Assembly (NCBI GenBank): GCA_910585995.1
Contig: CAJUGG010000032.1
Location: forward strand, 5,627 to 69,626
Source of the DNA: an uncultured Lachnospiraceae bacterium
GTDB taxonomy: Bacteria > Bacillota > Clostridia > Lachnospirales > Lachnospiraceae
Direction of reading: 5' to 3'
Length of the DNA: 64,000 nucleotides
This document shows, in pieces, positions 38,758 to 48,547 of the stretch. Position numbers and translations under genes: made by a program. Numbering within the stretch: the first letter of the stretch is position 1; every line of letters begins with the position of its first letter. Under the pieces are notes generated by a model, which did no database searches, was not told the DNA's origin, and saw only the letters and a program-made list of their open reading frames with translations.

Positions 38758-39822
38758 CTACAGTTGAACCTCATATTCTACACTGGCAAATACAATATGC
38801 ACACCATCTTTTAGCGGACACGGCTCATAGGGATTTAACTGTACTTGATCGACCCAGGTTCCATTGGTGGAGTTGAGGTCTTCCAGATAATACAGCGCAT
38901 TATAAAAAGACAGTCTGGCATGAATCCGACTAATTGTGGACACTGGTATACATCCATCCACACTTTCTTTTTTCTTACCAATTAAAAAAGTCTCTTCCTT
39001 AATCTGAAAATCCGGATAATCAATATGCAGGCTGCGCAGATACAAGCCCTCTCTTTTTTCTCTTTGCAGACAGGCAGTCTCATGTACTTGTTCCTGCGTC
39101 TTTAATACGGCAGCCGATGAACCATCCAGTTGTGCAGCTTCTGCCACATAATCCTGAAACCTGTCTTTGGGAGATTTTTTCTTAAAGAAATTAATCCAGC
39201 TTCCTGTCTTCTCCAGGACTTCTTCCTGTACAGCCGAAGGAGAGACTAGCTGTGGCTGTGGCCCAGGTTCTGGTGCCTTGATCTTTGGTTCTGCATGTTT
39301 ATGCAAGATCTCTAACAGGCTGAAATTAGGCTCTAGAGCATTCTGATACAGTTCATAGCCAAATTCTATCCCTTTTGCATCCCCTTTGTCCAACTTTCCC
39401 AGCAGATATTCCGCTAAATCCAAAAAGGATTCCCGAATCTCTTTTTGATAGTCAGGATAATAACATAGATACAATTTTTCCGACTTGGTATTCAGATACA
39501 TAGATTCTGGACTTAAGATCAAATGATCTGGATTCAGCAGATATTCTTTGGCCGCTTCTATTATACGCAAAAGCTCCCGCAGCAGCCCTTTTAACTGTTC
39601 ACAGTCCAGTTTTCTGCGTTCATACAAAAGCTCCATACTTTGACGCCCGGTAATCTCATAATAATATTCCATCACTCCTTCATGTTCCTGACTGACACAG
39701 GGAAGCAGTCCATAGATCCGATTTTCTGTGATCATCCGTATCTCATATGGTTCTGTCTTAGTGCTTTGATCTGTCAAGATCATATAGTTGCTGTTTAAAT
39801 CCCTTTTATATCGTATCTCCAT
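38758..39822 (-). CDS. DUF6382-like N-terminal domain plus C-terminal FHA domain protein
   Basis: FHA motifs IGK...ISRIHA...DLNSTNGT. Confidence 0.8.
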   Translation of the reverse strand: MEIRYKRDLNSNYMILTDQSTKTEPYEIRMITENRIYGLLPCVSQEHEGVMEYYYEITGRQSMELLYERRKLDCEQLKGLLRELLRIIEAAKEYLLNPDHLILSPESMYLNTKSEKLYLCYYPDYQKEIRESFLDLAEYLLGKLDKGDAKGIEFGYELYQNALEPNFSLLEILHKHAEPKIKAPEPGPQPQLVSPSAVQEEVLEKTGSWINFFKKKSPKDRFQDYVAEAAQLDGSSAAVLKTQEQVHETACLQREKREGLYLRSLHIDYPDFQIKEETFLIGKKKESVDGCIPVSTISRIHARLSFYNALYYLEDLNSTNGTWVDQVQLNPYEPCPLKDGVHIVFASVEYEVQL

Positions 39823-40222
39823 CTTTATCCTCCATCCATCTGCACCTGCGGATTGTCTTACATGGCTGTATCCGGTAAAATTCCCGCTCTACCAGGACAT
39901 CCTCTACCGGCAAAAAACTACCTTTTCCGGATATCTGAATCTTCAGACGTACAGGGTTCAACTCTATGGATACCTCCTCTTCCTGTACCCATAAAAGACG
40001 CTCAGAAAGTTTTTGGCGCAGATCTTGTTCCACATTTTCTTTTCTCTGTTTGTCTGTAGCACCGTCTGGATAAAGTCCTTTCACTGCAGATTCCACTGCT
40101 GTCTGTGTGCAGACTGCGTAGTCATGTGCATAGAACGAAAAAAACACCAGATATACAAGCAAGATATTGATTCCTGGAATCAGCATTGCTGCTTCGAGTA
40201 CATATCTCCCCTTTTTCTTCAT
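39806..40222 (-). CDS. TadE-like pseudopilin
   Basis: KKKG-RYVLEAAMLIP pilin-like N-terminus; GGAGG RBS before ATG 40222. Confidence 0.65.
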   Translation of the reverse strand: MKKKGRYVLEAAMLIPGINILLVYLVFFSFYAHDYAVCTQTAVESAVKGLYPDGATDKQRKENVEQDLRQKLSERLLWVQEEEVSIELNPVRLKIQISGKGSFLPVEDVLVEREFYRIQPCKTIRRCRWMEDKDGDTI

Positions 40223-40602
40223 ATCCATCCTCCCAGCAGATAGGCGGCTGTCAAAAAAGGAACCATTGGCAGCTCCTTTTTCTGTGTACAGATCCCATAC
40301 AGGCTCAAAAAACCTATTCCCAACAGAAACAACTGTAAAAGCTCTGAACATGACAGCCACATGCCCAGCGCGAACATAAGATATCCATCCCCATAACCAA
40401 TCTTTTCCTGTGTCACAGCTCCCATAAAAAGCAGAGATAAACCCAGTCCGATCTGAGGCTGGTGCCCGGTATACCATCCATAAACCAATCCTGTACCTCC
40501 CAGTTCCAGGATCACAGGCATAGACAGTTGATGCTCCCGAAAATCCTCCACAGACAATATGATCAAATGAAGCAGTACCCACCAAAAGTTCACTGTCCGC
40601 AT
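40219..40602 (-). CDS. Prepilin peptidase (A24-like, short)
   Basis: SVEDFR, IGYGDG, ELPMVPFL. Confidence 0.78.
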   Translation of the reverse strand: MRTVNFWWVLLHLIILSVEDFREHQLSMPVILELGGTGLVYGWYTGHQPQIGLGLSLLFMGAVTQEKIGYGDGYLMFALGMWLSCSELLQLFLLGIGFLSLYGICTQKKELPMVPFLTAAYLLGGWI

Positions 40603-41333
40603 CGAGAGCACAACCTGCGTCCTCCTGCCTCGGAAAAGGGAACAGCCATCACCGTCCGCTTTAATCCTCTGCAGCCTGAGATACTATGGTAACTGTTCCC
40701 ATAGTCTGTGATATAGACATTGCCTCCTGACCATCCTTTTTTGATACAATACTCACAAGAATGATAGATGCCTCCGGAGAGATTCCGCTCTGTCTCAATC
40801 GCCTCTGAAGAGATACTGCGGATGCTAAGTTTTAGATAAGAGCACTCCATACTTTTATGACAGACCTCTCCCTCTGGTGTAATATAGACGATCTCTTCCA
40901 GATCTCCGCTCCCAAACGTCTCCTTTGTGTATCCTGCCCATGCCCGGACTACGGCTTTTCGAAAGATTACTTTCCCTTTGAAAAACAAGCCGGAAAAAGG
41001 TGGTGTCACCAGATCCGCATCATGCAGCCTGATATAAGGATCGGCAGTCTCTGTCATGGTCACTGCCAGTATCTGGGCGCGCTCCATCAGCTTTCGGCTC
41101 TCTTTTGCCTGTATTGCAGTGAAGGCAAACAGATAGAAAAGTGCTGTGATCACACACAAGAAAAGCGGCAGCACCAATGCAGCTTCCAAAGTAAGGCTTC
41201 CTCTGACAGAGGCACAAAGGGAAGCCCTTCTGTCATCTCGTCTGCGGAGTATCTGGAGTTGATTCATTTGCTTTTTCTGAGTGCAAAAGGGCATCCCTTT
41301 GTGCCTCCTTTCGCTGTTGTTATTCATATCCAT
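40590..41333 (-). CDS. TadE-like pseudopilin with Cys-rich C-terminus
   Basis: RG-SLTLEAALVLP; C-terminal CH..C, CEYC, YH..C, CSRC; true start may be downstream. Confidence 0.72.
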   Translation of the reverse strand: MDMNNNSERRHKGMPFCTQKKQMNQLQILRRRDDRRASLCASVRGSLTLEAALVLPLFLCVITALFYLFAFTAIQAKESRKLMERAQILAVTMTETADPYIRLHDADLVTPPFSGLFFKGKVIFRKAVVRAWAGYTKETFGSGDLEEIVYITPEGEVCHKSMECSYLKLSIRSISSEAIETERNLSGGIYHSCEYCIKKGWSGGNVYITDYGNSYHSISGCRGLKRTVMAVPFSEAGGRRLCSRCGQ

Positions 41334-42753
41334 AAGTCCGCTCTAAGTACAGATCCTGCATCCAGACCTGTGCTGTCAGCTGTTCGATGCAGTGATCCAG
41401 ATGAATCCGTTCACAACCTTCGATCTGTCTTAGTTCCCCCTCGATTACATCCAATGCCCGCATGGACAGATTCTCTGCCGGCTGGAAGGATAAAAACATC
41501 CGCAGATAAGTCTTATAAGAGACTCCCTCCTGTCTGTGCTCAGGCGTATCATACTGGTCTAACTTCTTGATCAGCTTCAGCAGGTCAGACAATGGCACCT
41601 GCCAGTCTTCTTGTCCTTTCACCACCGAGAGTTCATATCCTCCCAGAAGCTGACGGACTTCCACTAAGCTCTCGCCATAGGCCCATCCAAGCAGGATCAG
41701 ATGCTTTAAGCTCTCAAAGAGCGCCGCTCCTCCCGTAAGACCTCCTAAGACCTTGGCTAACTTCTCTGCGGTCTGATACATCTCCGGATGCGCCAATAAA
41801 TACAGATAATTTACCCCTTCTCTGACCAGCAGAAGCTTTTGCAACACCTGTTCCAGATTCTTTTTATCGGATGCTTCTCCAGCAATGATATACTCTAGCT
41901 GATAATCCAGATATCCTTCCTCTCTTGGCTGTCTTAGCATCTCTTCTGCCTGGGTCAGATACTCACACAGATAACTGATAAACCATTGTTTTTGCAGCAG
42001 TTGGTCTTCTGTGCCGTCTGCACTCCCCACGCCGACCGATAGCTCTCTTTTTGAGGGCGCCCGTTCTATAGCGATCGTCTTTTCCGAAATCGGGCAGGAC
42101 TTAGGTACGCCGTGGGACAAGGTAAAACTTTTCCACAGGCCGTCAAACGAATGTGCTTCTTTTGAAAGTTCCTCTTCTTCGTCCTCATAATCAACCACCT
42201 TTCCTTCATACTTTGCACAGTCTTTTTCAAATCTCTCTGTCTGCTCTTCTGTGTCTTTTTGTAAAGCCTCTGAAAGCAGCCAGTCCTCTGCTAACGAAAA
42301 CCCGGTCTTTTCTTTCATAATCTGTATAGCCTGCCGATAAAAGACAGCACCTCTTCCATCAGTAGCCCGTACATACTGATCCGTATTCACTCCCAAAAGC
42401 GTAAGGCCATAGATCCCATCTTTTGATGTTCCTGTAATATTCTGGTCTGTAAAATGCCACAGATGACTGCAAAGTTCTTTTGGTTGTTCGGTTCCGCTTG
42501 CAAAGGACGTATCTATGTAAAACAGGTCATACTGTGTCAGCAGATGTGGTTCGTATTCTGAAAAAAGGGAAAATAGTCCTGCCTCCACAGACTGTTCTGC
42601 ATGCTGTCTTTGAAGCTGCTTTTTCACAGACTGCAATAAGACCAGATAAAGACCTGTAAATACCAGAAAAATAAGTGCTACCCAGAGCGTGATCTGCCCG
42701 GACTTTTTCTTATATACTGCTGCTTTGCGATACAATTTTTTCAAAAATATCAT
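41320..42753 (-). CDS. DUF5702-like large pseudopilin (TadG-like)
   Basis: SG-QITLWVAL pilin-like cleavage site; EYIIAG..SD..NL, WAYGES, Y..YLRMFL. Confidence 0.7.
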   Translation of the reverse strand: MIFLKKLYRKAAVYKKKSGQITLWVALIFLVFTGLYLVLLQSVKKQLQRQHAEQSVEAGLFSLFSEYEPHLLTQYDLFYIDTSFASGTEQPKELCSHLWHFTDQNITGTSKDGIYGLTLLGVNTDQYVRATDGRGAVFYRQAIQIMKEKTGFSLAEDWLLSEALQKDTEEQTERFEKDCAKYEGKVVDYEDEEEELSKEAHSFDGLWKSFTLSHGVPKSCPISEKTIAIERAPSKRELSVGVGSADGTEDQLLQKQWFISYLCEYLTQAEEMLRQPREEGYLDYQLEYIIAGEASDKKNLEQVLQKLLLVREGVNYLYLLAHPEMYQTAEKLAKVLGGLTGGAALFESLKHLILLGWAYGESLVEVRQLLGGYELSVVKGQEDWQVPLSDLLKLIKKLDQYDTPEHRQEGVSYKTYLRMFLSFQPAENLSMRALDVIEGELRQIEGCERIHLDHCIEQLTAQVWMQDLYLERTYGYE

Positions 42754-42880
42754 TGACTACTTCTGTAATCTGTGTCTTAAAGATAATGACTAAGCCAATC
42801 AACACAACAATAATCAATATGACTTCCACTACACCCATTCCGCTCTGGTCTTCCCAAAACTGTTTCCAAAATGCTCTCAT
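42710..42880 (-). CDS. flp: Flp1-family type IVb pilin (56 aa)
   Basis: Manual translation MRAFWKQFWEDQSG-MGVVEVILIIVVLIGLVIIFK; RBS GGAGGAG; too short for the ORF track. Confidence 0.88.
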   Translation of the reverse strand: MRAFWKQFWEDQSGMGVVEVILIIVVLIGLVIIFKTQITEVVNDIFEKIVSQSSSI

Positions 42881-42890
42881 ATGTCTCCTC

Positions 42891-44072
42891 CTACATCTGA
42901 AATGATACGACTGCCGGATACATCACTAAAATCAATATGGTAAGAAGCATCATAAGCATCGGAAGTAACAACTTGCTCTCACATTCTTCCCCCATTCGTT
43001 TTGCCAGGGCCTTACGATCCTCAAAAGCCTCCCTTGACTCCTCTTTTAAAATCTCTGCCAGATTTTTTGTACCTTTTCTCAGGTTCTGGCTTAATAACGT
43101 ACCAAGCTTTAGATAAGCCGGCATACAGCATCTCATTCCAAACCGCTCATAAGCCTGCGCTTCCGGCACTCCGCTCTGCATCTCATACAGCGTAGTGCGC
43201 ATCTCTTCATATGCAGCGCGGCCTTTTACGCTCTCTTTGTCAATCATCCGTTCCCACGATTTCCTTGTACTGATCCCTGCACTCATATAGAGGCTTAACC
43301 GGCTGACAATATCCGGATAATCCAGCCGCATACCTTTTTCGCGCTTTTTTCGTTCTTTTTCCTCTTCCTGACGTTTTCCCATAATGGTTGCCAAAAGAGA
43401 CAGAAACGTCAGCATCACAATCCACAGATAGCGCCGGTCTGCGGCCTGATACCATCGTATGGATTCTCCGGCGACCGTATCCGGCAGAGCCAAGCGCTTT
43501 TGCGGACTCTGCTGCAGTCTCTGGATCTGCCAGGACACCATGCGAAGCTTCTGCTCAAGATCTGGCTCTTCCAACGGGCAGATACAGATCTGCTGCTCCC
43601 AGGTAAGGCTCTGCCCTGCCAGAGACAGCACCGCCTGCACCCCAAGAGGCACTGGTTCTGTAAGCCCTTCATTATTTACTGTTCCATCCGGTTTTATATA
43701 ATCCCAGGAATCCAGATACCACTGCACTGCAATCGGTGTCCCCGGATATGCAGACGGCATGGATACTTTAGTCCTGATATGTTTCAGATCCGGATTGTCT
43801 CTTAAAAACAACGCCTCCAGACCACTGGATGCTTCTGTCAGATACTCTAAAAGCGCCTCTTCCTCCCAGGGAACCGCTTCTAATACCACAGAAAACGGAT
43901 ATCTTTCCCCGTCGATCTCAAGCTGAAGTTCCTGTATCTGATCACTTCCTCCGCTGTCCGGGCGCTCAAGTTCCTGCACCGTCTGATGGCTCTTGAAACT
44001 AAGTCCCCAAAAGACCATGCTTAAGATTCCTCCTGATGCTGCGATCAGTATACATCGGGTCTTATATCTCAA
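42891..44072 (-). CDS. TadC-like (T2SS F family) membrane protein
   Basis: LYMSAGIS, LLSQNLRKG, GEECESKLLLPM. Confidence 0.8.
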   Translation of the reverse strand: MRYKTRCILIAASGGILSMVFWGLSFKSHQTVQELERPDSGGSDQIQELQLEIDGERYPFSVVLEAVPWEEEALLEYLTEASSGLEALFLRDNPDLKHIRTKVSMPSAYPGTPIAVQWYLDSWDYIKPDGTVNNEGLTEPVPLGVQAVLSLAGQSLTWEQQICICPLEEPDLEQKLRMVSWQIQRLQQSPQKRLALPDTVAGESIRWYQAADRRYLWIVMLTFLSLLATIMGKRQEEEKERKKREKGMRLDYPDIVSRLSLYMSAGISTRKSWERMIDKESVKGRAAYEEMRTTLYEMQSGVPEAQAYERFGMRCCMPAYLKLGTLLSQNLRKGTKNLAEILKEESREAFEDRKALAKRMGEECESKLLLPMLMMLLTILILVMYPAVVSFQM

Positions 44073-44808
44073 ACTTCACCATCCTCTTTCCGATCAGATA
44101 CGCAGACAGATAGATCAGCAGGCAGATGGTCGCTACACAGACACCTGCCACATTATGATAAAGCCCCTCTAAAAATTCCCCAGAGCCAAGCCGCAGATAG
44201 AGAAGGACTGCTAAAGGCATCACAGTCATAATCCTCTGTTCATATACCTTCGATGCCAGCATCGTCGTGATCTCTCTTCTCGTATCCATAATCTCTGCCA
44301 TCTGTGCTGCTGTATTGCGTATGATCTCATTGAGACTTCCTCCGCTGACTCTCGCTGTACAGAACACTTCCACAAAGCTTTGAACCTCCTCAAAAGGATA
44401 TTGTCGTGCAAATGCCTCCAAAAGAGCTTCCGGTCTTTGATTATTCTCTGCTTTAGCCAACATATTTTTTAGTTCCTCTAACATGATGCCTCCTTTGGGA
44501 AACATCAGGCACAGCTCTTTATAAGACTGACCCATGGCATTTTCCACCGAATATCCGGCAGACAGAGAGGACGCCAATAAAAGTATCCATTCCCGGAACA
44601 TCTTTTTAAAGTGCTCCTCTTCCTTTTGCGCCCGGACAGCCGCCCGCTCTCTGTGCCACAGCCAGAGAAAAGGCATCAAAGGCAACACTGCATACAGTGA
44701 ATCATAAAACAGCCAGGAGCATATCAAGATCAAAAGAACTCCCTGTACCAGGTCCCACACCCATACAGGTCTAAAATTCCAGGATTCCTGCACGTTTAAA
44801 TTTTTCAA
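44062..44808 (-). CDS. TadB-like (T2SS F family) membrane protein
   Basis: SSLSAGYSVENA, SGGSL, EQRIMTVMP; start uncertain. Confidence 0.8.
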   Translation of the reverse strand: MKNLNVQESWNFRPVWVWDLVQGVLLILICSWLFYDSLYAVLPLMPFLWLWHRERAAVRAQKEEEHFKKMFREWILLLASSLSAGYSVENAMGQSYKELCLMFPKGGIMLEELKNMLAKAENNQRPEALLEAFARQYPFEEVQSFVEVFCTARVSGGSLNEIIRNTAAQMAEIMDTRREITTMLASKVYEQRIMTVMPLAVLLYLRLGSGEFLEGLYHNVAGVCVATICLLIYLSAYLIGKRMVKFEI

Positions 44809-46009
44809 TCTGCTTCATCTCTCCTGTCTTTTCCTGTACCCCACAGACCCTGCCGGATACTTCTCCGGTTTCCCGGAAGAGATACAGGGGATTCAAGATC
44901 ACCTGTTCCTCTTCCATACCGGTTACTTCTGTGATCTCTAAAAGTCTTCGGCTCTTATCCCGAAGCCTTCCCAGATAAACAATCAGGTCAATGCCGGAGG
45001 CGATCTGCCTCCGAATGGCCTGAAGGGGCAATTCCATCCCCATAAGAACCATAGTCTCCAATCGGCTGAGCGTGTCACGTGTGCTGTTTGCATGGCAGGT
45101 ACAAAAGCTTCCGTCATGCCCGGTGTTCAGACAGGTCAGAAGTTCAAATGTCTCGGCGCCCCTCACCTCACCCACAATGATTCGAGACGGCCTCATCCTG
45201 AGAGAAGCCCGTATCAAATCTCGGATTGTTATCTCCTTACAGTCCTCCATTCCCGCTGTGCGGGTCTCTAAGCGTACCAGATTCTCCACATTTTGAATCT
45301 GAAGCTCTGCGGTGTCTTCAATCACCACGACCCGCTCTTCCTTTGGGATATATTCCGAGAGTGCATTTAAAAAAGTCGTCTTACCAGAGCCTGTACCGCC
45401 TGCGATCAAGATGGAATATCCTGCCTGTACCGCGTTCTTTAGAAAACATGCCTCTTCTTCAGAGAGACTGTTCCATTCCAACAGCTTTTTCATCGTAATA
45501 GGCTCTTTTGGAAATCGTCGTATTGTGATAATCGGCCCATTGACTGCAACCGGGGGAAGAACGACATGCACCCTGTCCCCGTTCTCTAGCCTTGCATCGA
45601 CGATTGGCTGAGATTCGTTGACAATCCGGTTGCAGGCTCCTATCATCTGCTGGACAATATCTAAAATCCGCTCTCTGGAATAAAAATTCTTCTCCCAAAG
45701 TTTTAGCTTTCCGCCTTTTTCCAAAAAGATGCCGTCCATGCCATTGACCATGATCTCGGTCACATCCGGCTCCTCTAAAAGCTCCTGCAAAACATCCATC
45801 TTACGCAGTGCGTAAAACAACTCTTTTTTTAGTCTGCATCTTTCATTCAGAGAAAGATGCTGGTCTTTCCCATAGGTAAGCACAACCTCATCGATCAGTT
45901 CCTGCATCTCCTCATCGGGTACTTCCCGACTCAAGTCCACACGCTCTAAAATCTGCCTTTTCAGGTCCAAGAAGCGGTCAGATGCCTCTGCTCCTTTTGC
46001 CTGTCCCAT
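44771..46009 (-). CDS. cpaF: CpaF-type Tad pilus assembly ATPase
   Basis: EIMVNG, GGTGSGKTT, IEDTAEL, LRMRPSRIIVGEVRG, NTGH. Confidence 0.93.
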   Translation of the reverse strand: MGQAKGAEASDRFLDLKRQILERVDLSREVPDEEMQELIDEVVLTYGKDQHLSLNERCRLKKELFYALRKMDVLQELLEEPDVTEIMVNGMDGIFLEKGGKLKLWEKNFYSRERILDIVQQMIGACNRIVNESQPIVDARLENGDRVHVVLPPVAVNGPIITIRRFPKEPITMKKLLEWNSLSEEEACFLKNAVQAGYSILIAGGTGSGKTTFLNALSEYIPKEERVVVIEDTAELQIQNVENLVRLETRTAGMEDCKEITIRDLIRASLRMRPSRIIVGEVRGAETFELLTCLNTGHDGSFCTCHANSTRDTLSRLETMVLMGMELPLQAIRRQIASGIDLIVYLGRLRDKSRRLLEITEVTGMEEEQVILNPLYLFRETGEVSGRVCGVQEKTGEMKQIEKFKRAGILEF

Positions 46010-46017
46010 GGCTCCTC

Positions 46018-47040
46018 CTATTCTTCGTATAGCAGTCCCCGGATATAATTCCCCAGTTCCTGTTGCGGCAGCGTCCTAAGATCCTCTTCACTTGACAGCC
46101 TGATATCCAGAGCTGGCAATTCCAGTTTCTGCAGTCTTTCCAGAATGTCCATTCCGTCTAAAATCTGGATGTATCGCTCCCACTGGCTGATCTTGCCCTG
46201 CGAGATTATATCCTGTTGTATCGGCATATAAATGCCGTCACACTGACGCAGAAGCTCCGGCTCATGACCTGTGATGCTTCCAAAATCCAGGATGATAAAA
46301 TCATAAGTGCTCTGCGTGCGAATCAGGTACAAAAGCTGCTGCCACTCCTCCACTGTAATCTGTCGAAAATCCGTATAGGACTCACAAGGCGGGACGTAAT
46401 CTAACTGATCCACTTTCTGGACCATACTGTTTAGACGATAGAGAAACGGCGTTTTATTTGTCTGTCTAAGAAAATAAATCAAGTCAGATAAGTTCCAATG
46501 ACTGCCTCCAAATATCTCCAAAAGACCAGAACATTCTTCCAGATTTAGATATAAAACATTCCTGTTTTCCGAAAGTACTTGTCCTAAGGCAAATGCAAAC
46601 TTACTTTTACTGATTCCATCTACCGGGGAATACACCCCTATCACGCTGTTGTCCCTGTGTACTCCTGTGAATAATTCCTCTTCCAAGGCAGCTTCAGAAT
46701 AATAATACAGAATCTCCCGAAGGATATTTTCCACAGACTGATACTTGTATATGGCCGGATACATGCCCAGTTCTTTGGGCAGACTCCCCTCGGACAAAAA
46801 GATCACACATTCTCTGCGTATCAAGTCTTTACAGACCTCATACCACTCTGCTGAAAGCAGCAGCACCTCGATCTCTTCCGTAGAGAATATACGGTCAAAC
46901 TGTTCCTGATCCGTACACATCCTTACCTGGAACAAATGACTTTTTTTCAGATTGACGTACTCTCTGAATGCCTCCGCATAGGAAACATCAGAATCCGCAA
47001 TCCACAATTTTGTGCTTTTCAAAATAACCTCCAGCAACAC
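46018..47040 (-). CDS. CpaE/TadZ-like receiver plus degenerate ParA-type ATPase
   Basis: IYKYQS linker, VIGVYSPVDGISKS deviant P-loop, VLYLNLE; first gene of the Tad locus. Confidence 0.7.
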   Translation of the reverse strand: MLLEVILKSTKLWIADSDVSYAEAFREYVNLKKSHLFQVRMCTDQEQFDRIFSTEEIEVLLLSAEWYEVCKDLIRRECVIFLSEGSLPKELGMYPAIYKYQSVENILREILYYYSEAALEEELFTGVHRDNSVIGVYSPVDGISKSKFAFALGQVLSENRNVLYLNLEECSGLLEIFGGSHWNLSDLIYFLRQTNKTPFLYRLNSMVQKVDQLDYVPPCESYTDFRQITVEEWQQLLYLIRTQSTYDFIILDFGSITGHEPELLRQCDGIYMPIQQDIISQGKISQWERYIQILDGMDILERLQKLELPALDIRLSSEEDLRTLPQQELGNYIRGLLYEE

Positions 47041-47124
47041 AAAACCCCGGTATCTTATGCTGCAATTTTTTCATGGGATTTGGCTCTGATCCTGCTATGA
47101 GCCAATGGCGAATGCCACCTTTTA

Positions 47125-47176
47125 GATAAACGTTTATCACGATTTTCATTATAGACAATCCGTTTTTAAAAGTAAA
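47125..47176 (-). promoter_or_regulatory. Tad operon sigmaA promoter with LacI/CcpA-type operator
   Basis: TTTACT-17-TATAAT (47176 to 47148); perfect palindrome GATAAACGTTTATC at 47125-47138. Confidence 0.6.
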
Positions 47177-47213
47177 TGCTGTTTACAATTTGTTCACAAT
47201 TTTTGGATATATG

Positions 47214-47486
47214 TCACAAAAACGAAAATGCCGCTACGGCGTAAAGCAAAGAAACCCCGCTAAAACCAAAGGTTCCTGATGTCAAAAGACTTAAGAGATT
47301 GATTCCCACAGAACAAGGAATCCCAAAGGATGCCAGCAGCAGATTGATGCCATAGATGGCGATTCCCCCCATCACTGCCCGCAGACAAAAATTCAGAAAA
47401 AACTCTGCTTTTTGTTTGACGGTCACCAAAAACAATACCAAAAGACAAGCCCCTGCAATGATCAGAACGCCAGTTTGTTTCTCCAT
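47214..47486 (-). CDS. bofA: Pro-sigmaK processing inhibitor BofA family
   Basis: Small hydrophobic protein NFCLRAVMG...VGIN...GTFGFSG; sigmaE-like CATATAGT upstream. Confidence 0.75.
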   Translation of the reverse strand: MEKQTGVLIIAGACLLVLFLVTVKQKAEFFLNFCLRAVMGGIAIYGINLLLASFGIPCSVGINLLSLLTSGTFGFSGVSLLYAVAAFSFL

Positions 47487-47631
47487 ACAGCCGCTCCCCC
47501 CTTCTGGTTCACTATATGAAATCCACTGAAAAATATTCCCGTTTCCGTATAAATTTTCCATCTCGCGACTATACTGATAATAACTAATCTCCCCAGGGCG
47601 TATCAAAGGCCGCCCTAGAACAGGAAGGAAG

Positions 47632-47856
47632 ATGCGGATGAAAACGACGGAACAAAGCAGAGCGACAGACTCACGCAGACAGCAGCTTTTAGAAGACATT
47701 AAACAGACAAAATTTGCGTTGGACTGCGCCTATTCCCATTTTGAAAACGTGGTCGACCCAGATCTTGTCGACTCCTCCATCTACGAACTAAAAGCCGTAC
47801 AGATGCGTTACCGATTCCTGCTTAGACAGGCGGAACTCTTAGACTCCATCACGTAA
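47632..47856 (+). CDS. DUF2508/YaaL family protein
   Basis: AYSHFENVVDPDLVDSSIYELKAVQMRYRFLL. Confidence 0.85.
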   Translation: MRMKTTEQSRATDSRRQQLLEDIKQTKFALDCAYSHFENVVDPDLVDSSIYELKAVQMRYRFLLRQAELLDSIT

Positions 47857-47858
47857 AA

Positions 47859-47879
47859 AGGGGCTTGCCAAAAGCCCCT
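47859..47879. terminator. Hairpin between convergent genes
   Basis: AGGGGCTT-GCCAA-AAGCCCCT. Confidence 0.55.
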
Positions 47880-47882
47880 CAC

Positions 47883-48533
47883 TCACGATAATTTCTTTAA
47901 AAACCGGGCAAGATCCTGATCGCTGCCCATGACCAGCATATGGTCATCCTTCTCGAAGCGATAGTCTGCCCGCGGCATCACGATCCCTTGATCCTCCCTT
48001 CGAAGACCCAGAATATTGATATTATAGTTGACTCTGACATCCAGTTCCCGGATGCTCTTTCCGGCCCAGCTTTTAGGCGGAAGCACTTCATAGATCCCAT
48101 AATCTCCCAGATCCACAAAGTCAAACACATGATTTGCACTGGCTTTTTTTGCCACCTTTTCTGCAATATCCCGCTCCGGATAGACCACCTCATCTGCGCC
48201 ATTTCTCAGCAAAAATTTTGCCTGTACATCCGTGCTCGCGCGACTTATTACATGGTTAGCCCCCATCTCTTTTAGGAGGCTTGTGATCTCCAGACTGCTC
48301 TGAAAATTCGTACCAATACACACAAAGCAGCTGTCAAAATTGTTGATCCCCAGTTCACTCAGCACTTCCGGCTGTGTACAGTCACCGATCTTGGCGCTTG
48401 TCACCAGCGGAAGGCACCCTGTCAGGCACTCTTCCTCCTCATCCACCGCCATGATCTCATTGCCCAGAGCAGCCAGTTCCCGGCACAGATAATGACCAAA
48501 TTTTCCCATCCCGATAATTAAAAATGATTTCAT
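47883..48533 (-). CDS. ktrA: TrkA/KtrA potassium uptake RCK subunit
   Basis: IIGMGKFG Rossmann motif, GADEVVYPE. Confidence 0.9.
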   Translation of the reverse strand: MKSFLIIGMGKFGHYLCRELAALGNEIMAVDEEEECLTGCLPLVTSAKIGDCTQPEVLSELGINNFDSCFVCIGTNFQSSLEITSLLKEMGANHVISRASTDVQAKFLLRNGADEVVYPERDIAEKVAKKASANHVFDFVDLGDYGIYEVLPPKSWAGKSIRELDVRVNYNINILGLRREDQGIVMPRADYRFEKDDHMLVMGSDQDLARFLKKLS

Positions 48534-48547
48534 ACTCTTCTCTCCCA

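Noticed and set aside
40223..40585. N-terminal extension of ORF 39806-40585
   Set aside because: Overlaps the prepilin peptidase frame; the pilin-like start with RBS is at 40222.
47041..47145. c-di-GMP riboswitch upstream of the pilus locus
   Set aside because: Hairpins are present, but neither class I nor class II conserved motifs could be matched by eye.
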